A stretch of 13,726 bases of DNA from Acidimicrobiaceae bacterium (GTDB lineage: Bacteria > Actinomycetota > Acidimicrobiia > Acidimicrobiales > Bog-793). The notes below the pieces were generated by a model. That model had not been told where the DNA came from. It saw only the letters and a list, made by a program, of their open reading frames with translations, and made no database searches. Shown piece by piece: positions 1 through 7,633 of the stretch; within the stretch, counting starts at the first letter, position 1, and the number at the start of each line of letters is the position of its first letter. Position numbers and translations under genes: made by a program. The stretch covers positions 1 through 13,726 of the forward strand of contig DAHXNN010000202.1 of assembly GCA_027365385.1 (NCBI GenBank), read 5' to 3'.

Positions 1-726
1 AGGGTCCGATTCCCGAGACGGGTCACGTTCCTCCCTGCAAGCGCCGAGATCGTCGACAGCGCGCTACACCTCGTCGTCGATCTGGCTCGAACTGTGGTCG
101 GCGGTGCAGACGGTGTCAGTGTCACGCTTCGCCGCCATGGACACTTCACGACGGTCGCAGCGAGCGACCAGACGGTCCGCGACATGGATGCTGCCCAGTA
201 CGCCACGAGAGAGGGTCCGTGCGTCGACGCCGCGACAAAGGGACGCTGGTTCCACGCTGGCGTCCTCGACACGGAGTCGAGGTGGCCTGAGTTCACGCCG
301 AGGGCACGGTCGCTCGGTATCCAGTCCATCTTGTCTTCACCCTTGCTGGCACGTGAACGACTCGTCGGAGCGCTCAACATCTACTCGCGCACCTCCGTCG
401 CATTCGCGCGGAGGGACCAGGAGATCGCCGCCGAGCTCGCACGTGCTGTGTCGATCCTCCTCACCGAAGCGGGCGCGGACGTAACCGACGAACGTCTCGC
501 GAGCCGGCTCCGTGAGGCGATGAGGGCACGACGGACGATTGCCCAAGCAGAAGGCGTGCTCATGGAGCGCGACCGGATCGGCGAGGTGGCCGCGTACAGG
601 GAGCTCCGCCGCATCTCGGTCGAGTCGGGAAGGACGCTTCGCGAGCGTGCAGAGGAGGTCGTCGCTTCCACCGAGGCTGTCCGACCGATCACGTCCCGAG
701 GCCTGCTACGGCAGCGCCATGGCTGA
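1..726 (+). CDS. GAF/ANTAR-domain RNA-binding response regulator-like protein, 5'-partial. The reading frame is open from base 1, so the gene starts upstream of the window.
   Basis: Frame 1 has no stop between base 1 and the TGA at 724-726. The C-terminal segment RRTIAQAEGVLMERDRIGEVAAYRELRRISVESGRTLRERAEEV matches the ANTAR (AmiR/NasR antiterminator) helix pattern. The upstream part resembles a GAF-type sensor. GC3 is high, as expected for real coding sequence here. Confidence 0.7.
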   Translation, partial: RVRFPRRVTFLPASAEIVDSALHLVVDLARTVVGGADGVSVTLRRHGHFTTVAASDQTVRDMDAAQYATREGPCVDAATKGRWFHAGVLDTESRWPEFTPRARSLGIQSILSSPLLARERLVGALNIYSRTSVAFARRDQEIAAELARAVSILLTEAGADVTDERLASRLREAMRARRTIAQAEGVLMERDRIGEVAAYRELRRISVESGRTLRERAEEVVASTEAVRPITSRGLLRQRHG

Positions 727-1066
727 TCGACCTAGCGACGTCCTCGAGCGATTCCGGCTCCAGGCCGAGCTTTCCCAAGGTGAGCTATGGATGCGCTACT
801 TCGAGCTCGGTGGGATGAGCACCGCGCTCGAGGTGGAGGCGTTCGTCTTCGGTGCTCTCGAGCCGAGCCCTCACGACCACGATGTCCTTGCACATGCGCT
901 GAACGAGCGATTCGTCGAGCTCGGTGGCAACCATCCCGTTCCCTATGCCGACAGCGTCGAAGAGGAGCGCGCCGTCGTGGACGAGCCAATCGGCGACCGG
1001 CGACCCGGAGCTCAGGAAAGGCGCCGAGGCAGGAGACGGCGTTCGGGCAAAAGCGACGGATCATGA
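719..1066 (+). CDS. Small acidic hypothetical protein (115 aa), translationally coupled to the ANTAR gene
   Basis: The ATG at 719 overlaps the stop of the upstream gene as ATGGCTGA. Codon bias is high-GC3. No family was recognised from the sequence (MADRPSDVLERFRLQAELSQGELWMRYFELGG...). The C-terminal R/G-rich tail is low complexity. Confidence 0.5.
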   Translation: MADRPSDVLERFRLQAELSQGELWMRYFELGGMSTALEVEAFVFGALEPSPHDHDVLAHALNERFVELGGNHPVPYADSVEEERAVVDEPIGDRRPGAQERRRGRRRRSGKSDGS

Positions 1067-1181
1067 CCACTGCGGATGCAGTCGACCGCCGATGGACGAG
1101 TGCCGTGGATCTCGCTCCCTCGGCCAGTGTGGCCGGCTCGGCATTGCTGGCCGGTCTCGAGTTGACGCATTAGGACTGGCG

Positions 1182-1838
1182 CTAGGCGAACAGCAGCGTC
1201 TCCACCTCGGTGCCGCGGGCCACGAGGGCCATTGTCACCATCGCGGGCGAGAAGAGGCCATGCTCGATCACACCTGGGGTGCCTGACAGCACCTCCGCGA
1301 GGACAGCAGGATCACCGACATGGCCCGTGAAGTCGGCGATGACTCCCCCGTCAGGGCTCCGCGGGACGTCTCGGAGATGGACGGTGCCGAGGCGGCGAAG
1401 GGTAGAGCTCAGCCCGAACTCGAGAAGCTCGAGCGGGATGGGACCGTGCAGCCGCGGAACCGGCTTTCTCGAGTCGGCGATCACCACGAAACGCTCGGCC
1501 GAGATCGCCACCAGCTTCTCCCGCGTGTGTGCCGCGCCACCGCCCTTCACCAACCACCCGTCCGGGGTGATCTGGTCTGCGCCGTCGATAGCGAGATCGA
1601 GGCGCTCGAAGGTCCCGAACGGCTCGACAGCGAGACCGAGCCGTCGAGCTGCCTCCTCGGTGCGAGGTGACGTGGCCACGCAACGCAGTGCCAGTGCCCG
1701 GTGAGCCAGTGCCCGGTGAGCCAGTGCACGCAGCAGGTGGGAGACCGTCGAACCCGTTCCGAGCCCGACCACCATGCCGTCCTCGACCAACGAGGCAGCC
1801 GCATCGGCTGCCACCTGCTCCTCGAGCTCGATGTCCAC
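1182..1838 (-). CDS. rpiA: Ribose-5-phosphate isomerase A
   Basis: The N-terminus DGMVVGLGTGSTVSHLL and the motifs DGADQI and KGGGAAHTREKLV align with E. coli RpiA along its whole length. The start is GTG at 1838, with GGGGAG lying 7 nt upstream on the minus strand. Confidence 0.9.
   Translation of the reverse strand: MDIELEEQVAADAAASLVEDGMVVGLGTGSTVSHLLRALAHRALAHRALALRCVATSPRTEEAARRLGLAVEPFGTFERLDLAIDGADQITPDGWLVKGGGAAHTREKLVAISAERFVVIADSRKPVPRLHGPIPLELLEFGLSSTLRRLGTVHLRDVPRSPDGGVIADFTGHVGDPAVLAEVLSGTPGVIEHGLFSPAMVTMALVARGTEVETLLFA
1691..1730 (-). repeat. About 2.6 tandem copies of the 15-bp unit CCAGTGCCCGGTGAG, in frame inside rpiA
   Basis: Direct reading gives copies at 1691-1705 and 1706-1720 and a partial third copy at 1721-1730. 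It encodes the repeated peptide ALAHRALAHRALA just after the GTGST motif. Confidence 0.85.
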
Positions 1839-1906
1839 CTGCAGACTCCCCGTCTCGTACGCACGACGTCGCGCGCATCTCGAGATGCCCGCTTTCCGAC
1901 GGGCAC

Positions 1907-3073
1907 CTAAGGCTCCACCTGCTCCCCGATGGCATCTTGACCTCGGGACGGCGTCGTCCCGTTCCGAGGCGGCGCCTCGTGCGGCCTCGACGAGATCTGC
2001 GGTATCCCACCCTTCACTGCCTCGTAGATGGAATAGCCTTGAGTCACGAGGTTGGTCAGCAGGTCTGTCACTCCCTCGGTACCGTTTACGAGGACGACGT
2101 TGGCTCCGCTCAGTCCCTTCGCCGCAGCCTCGACCAGCGCGGGGAGCTGCTCGACCATTCGATTGCTGGCGATGAGGCCCTGGTTGCCACCGGCGAGCGC
2201 CTCGGCTCGCGCCTTGATCGCGTCACGGTCTGCCTCGGCGAGCCGGACGGTCCGGTATGCCTCCGCGTCGGCAGGCTTCTCGACCTCGGCGATGAGGTCC
2301 TTCTCGCGCTTCTCGGCCTGGAGTGCGGCGAGCCTCGTCTGCTCCTTGGTCACTTCCTGGGTCGCCTTGGCTTCGGCCAGCGGTCCAGCCTGGCTCGCAG
2401 ACGCCTGGGCCTGCTCGATCTCGGCCCGGTACCCGGCCTGCTTGATCTCAGCCTCGCGAACGAAGCCGGCCTTCGCAGCGTTCGCCTCCTGCTCCTTCTC
2501 CGTGGCGGCCTGATCGGCCTGCGCCGCGGCGATGCGGGCGTCACGTGCGACCGCCGCGGCATGGGGTGCCGCGAGATTCTCGATGTAGCCGGTGTCGTCC
2601 TTGATCTCCTGGATCTGGAACGCGTCGACGACGAGTCCGAGCTTCTCCATCTCGTCAGCCGAGGCCGCCTTGACCTCCTGGGCCACCCGGTTGCGGTCCC
2701 CGATGATCTCCTCGACGGTGAGGCCACCGACGATCGACCGCAAGTGCCCGGCCAGCACCTGGGCGGTGAGGCGCTCCATGCCCTTCTGCTGGTCGAGGAA
2801 GCGACGCGCTGCATTGGTGATCGAGGCATTGTCGTCGCCGACCTTGAAGACCGCGACCGCCTCGACCGTGAGCGGTATGCGCAGCTTGGTAACGCACGTC
2901 TCCGAGAGAAGCGCCTCGCGCAGGTCGAGCGAGAGCCAGCGTGCGGTGTGGGTCCAGGGGAAGACGAACGCGCCCTGGCCGGTCACGATGTGGAACTGAC
3001 CGCCGTCGCCACCGCGCTTTGACCCCGAGACGACCATCGCCTCGTTTGGCGCAGGAATCCTGTAGAAGAACAT
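1907..3073 (-). CDS. SPFH/band-7 family protein, flotillin-like (YqiK/FloT type)
   Basis: The N-terminus MFFYRIPAPNEAMVVSGSKRGG is typical of bacterial flotillins. It has an SPFH core, a long Ala/Glu/Gln-rich coiled-coil section (EAEIKQAGYRAEIEQAQA...) and a C-terminal region. GGGAGG lies 7 nt upstream of the ATG. Confidence 0.88.
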   Translation of the reverse strand: MFFYRIPAPNEAMVVSGSKRGGDGGQFHIVTGQGAFVFPWTHTARWLSLDLREALLSETCVTKLRIPLTVEAVAVFKVGDDNASITNAARRFLDQQKGMERLTAQVLAGHLRSIVGGLTVEEIIGDRNRVAQEVKAASADEMEKLGLVVDAFQIQEIKDDTGYIENLAAPHAAAVARDARIAAAQADQAATEKEQEANAAKAGFVREAEIKQAGYRAEIEQAQASASQAGPLAEAKATQEVTKEQTRLAALQAEKREKDLIAEVEKPADAEAYRTVRLAEADRDAIKARAEALAGGNQGLIASNRMVEQLPALVEAAAKGLSGANVVLVNGTEGVTDLLTNLVTQGYSIYEAVKGGIPQISSRPHEAPPRNGTTPSRGQDAIGEQVEP

Positions 3074-3098
3074 TCTGTTCCCTCCCGCTCTCGACGGT

Positions 3099-3323
3099 TC
3101 AGCAGCTCGTCACGAGGACCGTCCTTGGCGATAGCTGCTCGACGACGACCACACGCGTGTTCACAGCGAGGGAATCCTCGCTTTGAGTGTACGCCGTAAA
3201 GGCCTCGGACCCCCCGCGGATGGGTACGATCACCTCCCCGGGGAGACCTGGGGCGATCGTCACGGACACCCTCCCCATCCGCCCGACAGCCCCGTCGGCC
3301 GACTCAGCTGCGCCAGCGTCCAT
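3099..3323 (-). CDS. Short NfeD-like (OB-fold) protein, the usual partner of SPFH/flotillin
   Basis: This 74-aa protein has alternating hydrophobic/Gly beta-strand patterns (GRVSVTIAPGLPGEVIVPIRGG...VVVVEQLSPRTVLV) like the NfeD C-terminal domain. It lies 25 nt upstream of the flotillin gene on the same strand. No transmembrane segment is present and an in-frame stop lies 25 codons upstream, so this is the short soluble form. Confidence 0.55.
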   Translation of the reverse strand: MDAGAAESADGAVGRMGRVSVTIAPGLPGEVIVPIRGGSEAFTAYTQSEDSLAVNTRVVVVEQLSPRTVLVTSC

Positions 3324-3397
3324 CGCCTCGTGCCATCCTCGTGCTGGTTGCGTGTGAAGCCATCCGTGCTCGAGTTCGAAGGCTACCGCACTGCCAC

Positions 3398-3447
3398 TTT
3401 ACGATCGCAGGCACATTACGATCGCAGGCACTTTACGACCGCAGGAC
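3398..3447. repeat. Three tandem 17-bp direct repeats, consensus TTACGATCGCAGGCAC, in the divergent intergenic region
   Basis: Copies lie at 3398-3414 and 3415-3431, with an imperfect third copy at 3432-3447. Each carries a CGATCG palindromic core. Confidence 0.8.
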
Positions 3448-3491
3448 CCAAGGATCGCCGATCCGGCGACGAGGAATGGCTGGCCTGACCC

Positions 3492-3542
3492 GGTGGTGAT
3501 GTGGTCGAGTGGTTGTGATGTGGTGGTGATGTGGTCGAGTGG
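3492..3542. repeat. Two identical 21-bp direct repeats GGTGGTGATGTGGTCGAGTGG separated by 9 bp. The sub-motif GTGATGTGG occurs three times.
   Basis: Direct reading gives copies at 3492-3512 and 3522-3542, about 70-120 bp upstream of the hrpA start. Confidence 0.85.
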
Positions 3543-3555
3543 TGGCGTGGGGCCC

Positions 3556-3567
3556 CGCTACGTAGCG
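3556..3567. promoter_or_regulatory. Perfect 12-bp palindrome CGCTACGTAGCG in the hrpA upstream region. It is a candidate operator.
   Basis: The sequence is self-complementary. It lies 45 bp upstream of the hrpA GTG. Confidence 0.4.
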
Positions 3568-3611
3568 CCGCGTTCGCGGGTGTGCGCCGCGGGCGAGATA
3601 CTTGAGTCCAC

Positions 3612-6600
3612 GTGAGCCCGCCAGCCGACGAACTCGCCGACCGCCTCGGTGGTCTCACCATCCGCGACCAGCACCGTCTGGGCCGGAGGCTCGCACGCGC
3701 CTCCCGCGCCGGCCACGGACCCGCGGACCGGGAGCTCGCGGCGATCACGCGCGCGATCGACGAGGCGGAGCAGAGACGGGCTGCACGTGCCGGCGCAGTC
3801 CCGGTGATCAGCTATCCCGAGGAGCTCCCTGTCAGCGCCCTGCGCGAGGACATCCTCGAGGCGATCCGCCAGCACCAGGTCGTCGTCGTGGCCGGGGAGA
3901 CTGGCTCGGGCAAGACGACCCAGATCCCGAAGATGTGCCTCGAGCTCGGCCGTGGCGTCGACGGGATGATCGGTCACACCCAGCCGAGACGCATCGCAGC
4001 CCGCACGGTCGCCGAGCGCCTCGCCGAGGAGCTCGCCACGCCTCTCGGTGGTGCGGTCGGCTACTGCGTGCGCTTCGCCGACACCGTCGGCGACACGACG
4101 CTCGTCAAGGTGATGACCGACGGCATCCTGCTCGCCGAGATCCGCAGCGACCGGCTGCTCACGTCCTACGACACGATCATCGTGGACGAGGCTCACGAGC
4201 GCAGCCTCAACATCGACTTCCTGCTCGGCTACCTGGTCCAGCTGCTCCCGCGACGCCCCGATCTGAAGGTGGTCGTCACCTCGGCGACCATCGACACGGC
4301 CCGTTTCGCCGCCCACTTCGACGCTCCGATCGTCGAGGTCTCCGGCCGGACCTACCCCGTCGAGATCCGCTACCGACCCGTGCGGCCCGACCAAGACGGC
4401 GAAGACGATGACGGAGCGGGCGGGGTGCTCGCGGGCGGGGCGTCCCCCCGTGCCGACCGCGACCGGGACCCCGTCCAAGCGCTGTGCGACGCAGTGGCCG
4501 AGCTCGTCGCGGACGGCCCGGGCGACATCCTTGTCTTCCTGCCGGGAGAACGGGACATCCGCGACGCTGCCGACGCGTTGCGGACGTCCGGCCCCGACGG
4601 CATCGAGATCCTCCCCCTCTACGCCCGGCTCTCCGCGGCCGAGCAGCATCGCGTGTTCCGCCCGCACCGCGGTCGGAGAGTCGTGCTCGCGACGAACGTC
4701 GCCGAGACCTCGCTGACGGTCCCTGGCATCCGGTCCGTCGTCGACACCGGTCTCGCCCGGATCTCGCGCTACAGCCACCGGACGAAGGTCCAGCGACTAC
4801 CGATCGAGGCGGTGTCGCGGGCGTCGGCGGACCAGCGTGCCGGCCGCTGCGGTCGCGTCGCTCCCGGCACCTGCATCCGGCTCTACTCGGAGGACGACTA
4901 CACCGCGCGTCCGGAGTTCACCGATCCCGAGATCCTCAGGACGAACCTCGCCTCGGTCATCCTCCAGATGGCCGCGGTCGGACTCGGCGAGATCGAGTCC
5001 TTCCCGTTCCTCGAGCCTCCCGACAGGCGCAGCATCGCCGACGGACGCACGCTGCTCGAAGAGCTCGGCGCCGTCGAACGTCGAGAGGGGCAGCTGCATC
5101 TGACGCCGATCGGCCGGCGCCTGGCCCAGATCCCGCTCGACCCTCGCCTCGCAAGGATGGTGCTCGCAGCCGAGGAGCGCGGCTGTCTGCGCGAGGTGAC
5201 GGTCATCACAGCCGCGCTCTCTGTCCAAGACCCGCGGGAACGGCCAGCGGACAAGGTCCAAGCAGCCGACGAGCTGCACCGCCGCTACGTCGTGCCCGAC
5301 TCGGACTTCCTCGGCTTCGTGCGGCTCTGGGACTACCTCGCCGAGCTCCAAGCCGAGCTGTCGGGGAACCAGTTCCGCAAGCGGTGCCGGTCCGAGTACC
5401 TGAACGTGCTGCGCATCCGCGAGTGGCAGGACGTCGCTGGCCAGATCCGCCAGAGCTACCGCGCCCAGGGCGTCCACGCGAACAGCGAGCCGGCGAGAGC
5501 CGAGCAGGTCCACCAGGCCCTGCTCGCCGGATTGCTCTCCCGGATCGGAATGCGCGACCGCGCGCGTGGGGACTACCAGGGGGCGAGCAGCGCGCGCTTT
5601 CAGATCGGTCGCTCCTCGGCGCTCGCACGCGGCGCTGCACCCTGGGTGATGGCCGGCGAGCTCGTCGAGACCGAGCGCACCTGGGCGCGCACCGTCGCTC
5701 GCGTCGACCCCGCCTGGGCTGAGCGAATCGGTGCCCACCTCGTCCGGCGCAGCTACTGCGCACCGTGGTGGGACGCGACGCGCGGCGAGGCAACCGTCGA
5801 GGAGCGCGTCACCCTCTACGGTCTCCCGATCGTCGGGGGGCGCCGGGTCAGCCTTGCCCGGATCGACCCCGTCGCTGCGCGCCAGATGTTCGTCCAGCGG
5901 GCACTCGTCGAGCGGGACTGGCCGGTCCGCTCGCCACCCCTCGAGCGCAACAGCGCGCGAGTCGAGCGCGTGCGCTCGCTCGAGCAGCGCGTCCGCAGGC
6001 CCAACATCCTTGCAGGAGACGAGGCGCTCTTCGACTTCTACGACAGCCGGCTGCCCGAGGAGGTCACGACCGGCAGGCGCTTCGAGCGATGGTGGCAGCG
6101 CGCCGGGAGGACCGACCCCGGCCTGCTCGACGTCCCCTTCCGGCTCCTGATCGACCCAGCTGCCGAGCTCGTCGACCTCGCCGCCTATCCGATGCGGTGG
6201 ATCCATGGCGAGCTCGACCTCCCGCTCCGCTACGTCTGGGCGCCAGGCGCGCCCGAGGACGGGGTGACGGTGCAGGTGCCGCTCGCCCAGCTCCCCCGGC
6301 TGGAGCCAGGCTGCTTCGACTGGCACGTCCCCGGATTTCGCGCCGAGCTCGTCACGACGCTCGTGCGGATGCTGCCGAAGCCGGTTCGGCGGTCCCTCGT
6401 CCCTGCAGCAGAGGTCGCCAACGAGGTGCTGTCGACGACCGGGCCCGCCGACGGTGGCATGCTCGACGCCGTCGCGCGACGCCTCGGCAGGATCGGTGGT
6501 GTAGCCGTCAGCCCGGAGATGTGGGACCTCGGCGCGCTCCCGCGCCATCTCCGCATCGTCGTCGAGGCGGTCGACGAGGCGGGCCGGGTGCGCGGGCGGG

Positions 6601-7574
6601 ACCGCGACCTCGAGCGGCTGCGGGACGACCTGCGGGAGGAGATCCGGGCGGCCGTCAGCCAGGCCGCGCCTGGGCTCGAGCGCCACGGCGCGACCAGCTG
6701 GGACTTCGGCGACATCCCGCGTCTCGTCGAGCACGGCGAGGTGCGGGGCTACCCCGCTCTCGTCGACGAAGGCAGCACTGTCGGCGTCACTCTCCTCGAC
6801 ACGCCTGACGCCCAGGCGGAGAGCATGTGGGACGGGACGCGACGGCTGTTGCTCCTCGCGGCTCCCCAAGCCGCCGGCCACCTGCAGCGCCGCCTCGCCA
6901 ACGCGACGAAGCTCGGTATCGCCCGCTCCGGCACACCGCTCCTCGACCTGCTCGTCGATTGCACGACGGCCGCGGTCGAGCAGATCGTCGCTGCGCACGG
7001 TGGTCCTGCGTTCGACGCCGACGGCTTCGCAGCGATGGCAGCCGAGGCTCGTCGTGAGCTGCTCGACCGGAGCGCCCGCCTCGCCACGGTTGCCGGCGAC
7101 GCCCTGACTGCAGCGGCTCGGGTCACCGAGCGGGTGGCGTGGCTCGACGAGCGCGACACCAAGGGGGTCTTGCGAGTCGCCCTCGCGGACGTCCGGCACC
7201 AGGTCGACGACCTCGTCCATCCCGGCTTCGTCACATCGACGGGAGCCGACCACCTCGACCACCTCCTCCGCTACCTCGCAGCCACCCTGCAACGGCTCGA
7301 GCGGCTTCCGGCGGACATCCGGCGCGACGCCGATCGCCAGGCGGTGGTCGGACGCGTCCGCCACCGCTACGAGCAGCTGGTGGCGCAGGTGCGCGCCACT
7401 GGCGCATCCGGGCAGGCTGGCGAGGCGCTGTCGTGCGCCCGGTGGATGATCGAGGAGCTGCGCGTGTCGCTGTGGGCACAGTCCCTCGGCACTCCGGCGC
7501 CCGTGAGCGAGGAGCGGATCATGCGCACCTTGGAAGGTGTCCTCGTCCGGGCCTCCCGCTCCGCCGGGGGCTGA
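3612..7574 (+). CDS. hrpA: ATP-dependent RNA helicase HrpA (DEAH-box)
   Basis: The N-terminus LTIRDQHRLGRRL and the motifs VVVVAGETGSGKTTQIPK, DEAHERS, TSATID and QRAGRCGR are present. The helicase core, OB fold and HrpA-specific C-terminal extension give 1320 aa, matching E. coli HrpA in size and order. The start is GTG at 3612 and the RBS is weak. Confidence 0.9.
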   Translation: MSPPADELADRLGGLTIRDQHRLGRRLARASRAGHGPADRELAAITRAIDEAEQRRAARAGAVPVISYPEELPVSALREDILEAIRQHQVVVVAGETGSGKTTQIPKMCLELGRGVDGMIGHTQPRRIAARTVAERLAEELATPLGGAVGYCVRFADTVGDTTLVKVMTDGILLAEIRSDRLLTSYDTIIVDEAHERSLNIDFLLGYLVQLLPRRPDLKVVVTSATIDTARFAAHFDAPIVEVSGRTYPVEIRYRPVRPDQDGEDDDGAGGVLAGGASPRADRDRDPVQALCDAVAELVADGPGDILVFLPGERDIRDAADALRTSGPDGIEILPLYARLSAAEQHRVFRPHRGRRVVLATNVAETSLTVPGIRSVVDTGLARISRYSHRTKVQRLPIEAVSRASADQRAGRCGRVAPGTCIRLYSEDDYTARPEFTDPEILRTNLASVILQMAAVGLGEIESFPFLEPPDRRSIADGRTLLEELGAVERREGQLHLTPIGRRLAQIPLDPRLARMVLAAEERGCLREVTVITAALSVQDPRERPADKVQAADELHRRYVVPDSDFLGFVRLWDYLAELQAELSGNQFRKRCRSEYLNVLRIREWQDVAGQIRQSYRAQGVHANSEPARAEQVHQALLAGLLSRIGMRDRARGDYQGASSARFQIGRSSALARGAAPWVMAGELVETERTWARTVARVDPAWAERIGAHLVRRSYCAPWWDATRGEATVEERVTLYGLPIVGGRRVSLARIDPVAARQMFVQRALVERDWPVRSPPLERNSARVERVRSLEQRVRRPNILAGDEALFDFYDSRLPEEVTTGRRFERWWQRAGRTDPGLLDVPFRLLIDPAAELVDLAAYPMRWIHGELDLPLRYVWAPGAPEDGVTVQVPLAQLPRLEPGCFDWHVPGFRAELVTTLVRMLPKPVRRSLVPAAEVANEVLSTTGPADGGMLDAVARRLGRIGGVAVSPEMWDLGALPRHLRIVVEAVDEAGRVRGRDRDLERLRDDLREEIRAAVSQAAPGLERHGATSWDFGDIPRLVEHGEVRGYPALVDEGSTVGVTLLDTPDAQAESMWDGTRRLLLLAAPQAAGHLQRRLANATKLGIARSGTPLLDLLVDCTTAAVEQIVAAHGGPAFDADGFAAMAAEARRELLDRSARLATVAGDALTAAARVTERVAWLDERDTKGVLRVALADVRHQVDDLVHPGFVTSTGADHLDHLLRYLAATLQRLERLPADIRRDADRQAVVGRVRHRYEQLVAQVRATGASGQAGEALSCARWMIEELRVSLWAQSLGTPAPVSEERIMRTLEGVLVRASRSAGG

Positions 7575-7633
7575 CCGGAAGCGGCCCGGGCTACGATCCT
7601 TCGCCGCGACCTCGACGGGCAGGAGCGCTATCC

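Noticed and set aside
1667-3022. A 451-aa plus-strand ORF overlapping flotillin and rpiA
   Set aside because: It is antisense to two well-supported genes. It is rich in Leu/Arg/Gly/Pro and carries no motifs.
3183-3488. A 101-aa plus-strand ORF running from inside nfeD across the repeat region
   Set aside because: It overlaps the NfeD-like gene in antisense and then reads through tandem DNA repeats, which produces the repetitive HYDRR/LRSQA peptide. That is an artefact of translating repeats, not a gene.
3398-3542. Whether the intergenic direct repeats could be a CRISPR array
   Set aside because: The 17-bp units are strictly tandem with no spacers. There are only two 21-bp units, separated by 9 bp. 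There are no cas genes, and the repeat lengths and spacing do not fit CRISPR.
4797-7364. An 855-aa minus-strand ORF, together with the 406-aa ORF at 3558-4778, lying antisense inside hrpA
   Set aside because: They sit entirely within a gene that aligns along its full length to HrpA. Long stop-free antisense frames are expected at about 70% GC. They carry no recognisable motifs and their composition is Arg/Ala/Gly/Pro-rich.
7139-7633. An N-terminal extension of the ydiJ-like ORF back to 7139, which would make the protein 1190 aa
   Set aside because: The extension would overlap the last 435 bp of hrpA and encodes R/P/G-rich low complexity. The ATG at 7634 has an AGGAG RBS, and the protein from there matches the full length of YdiJ.
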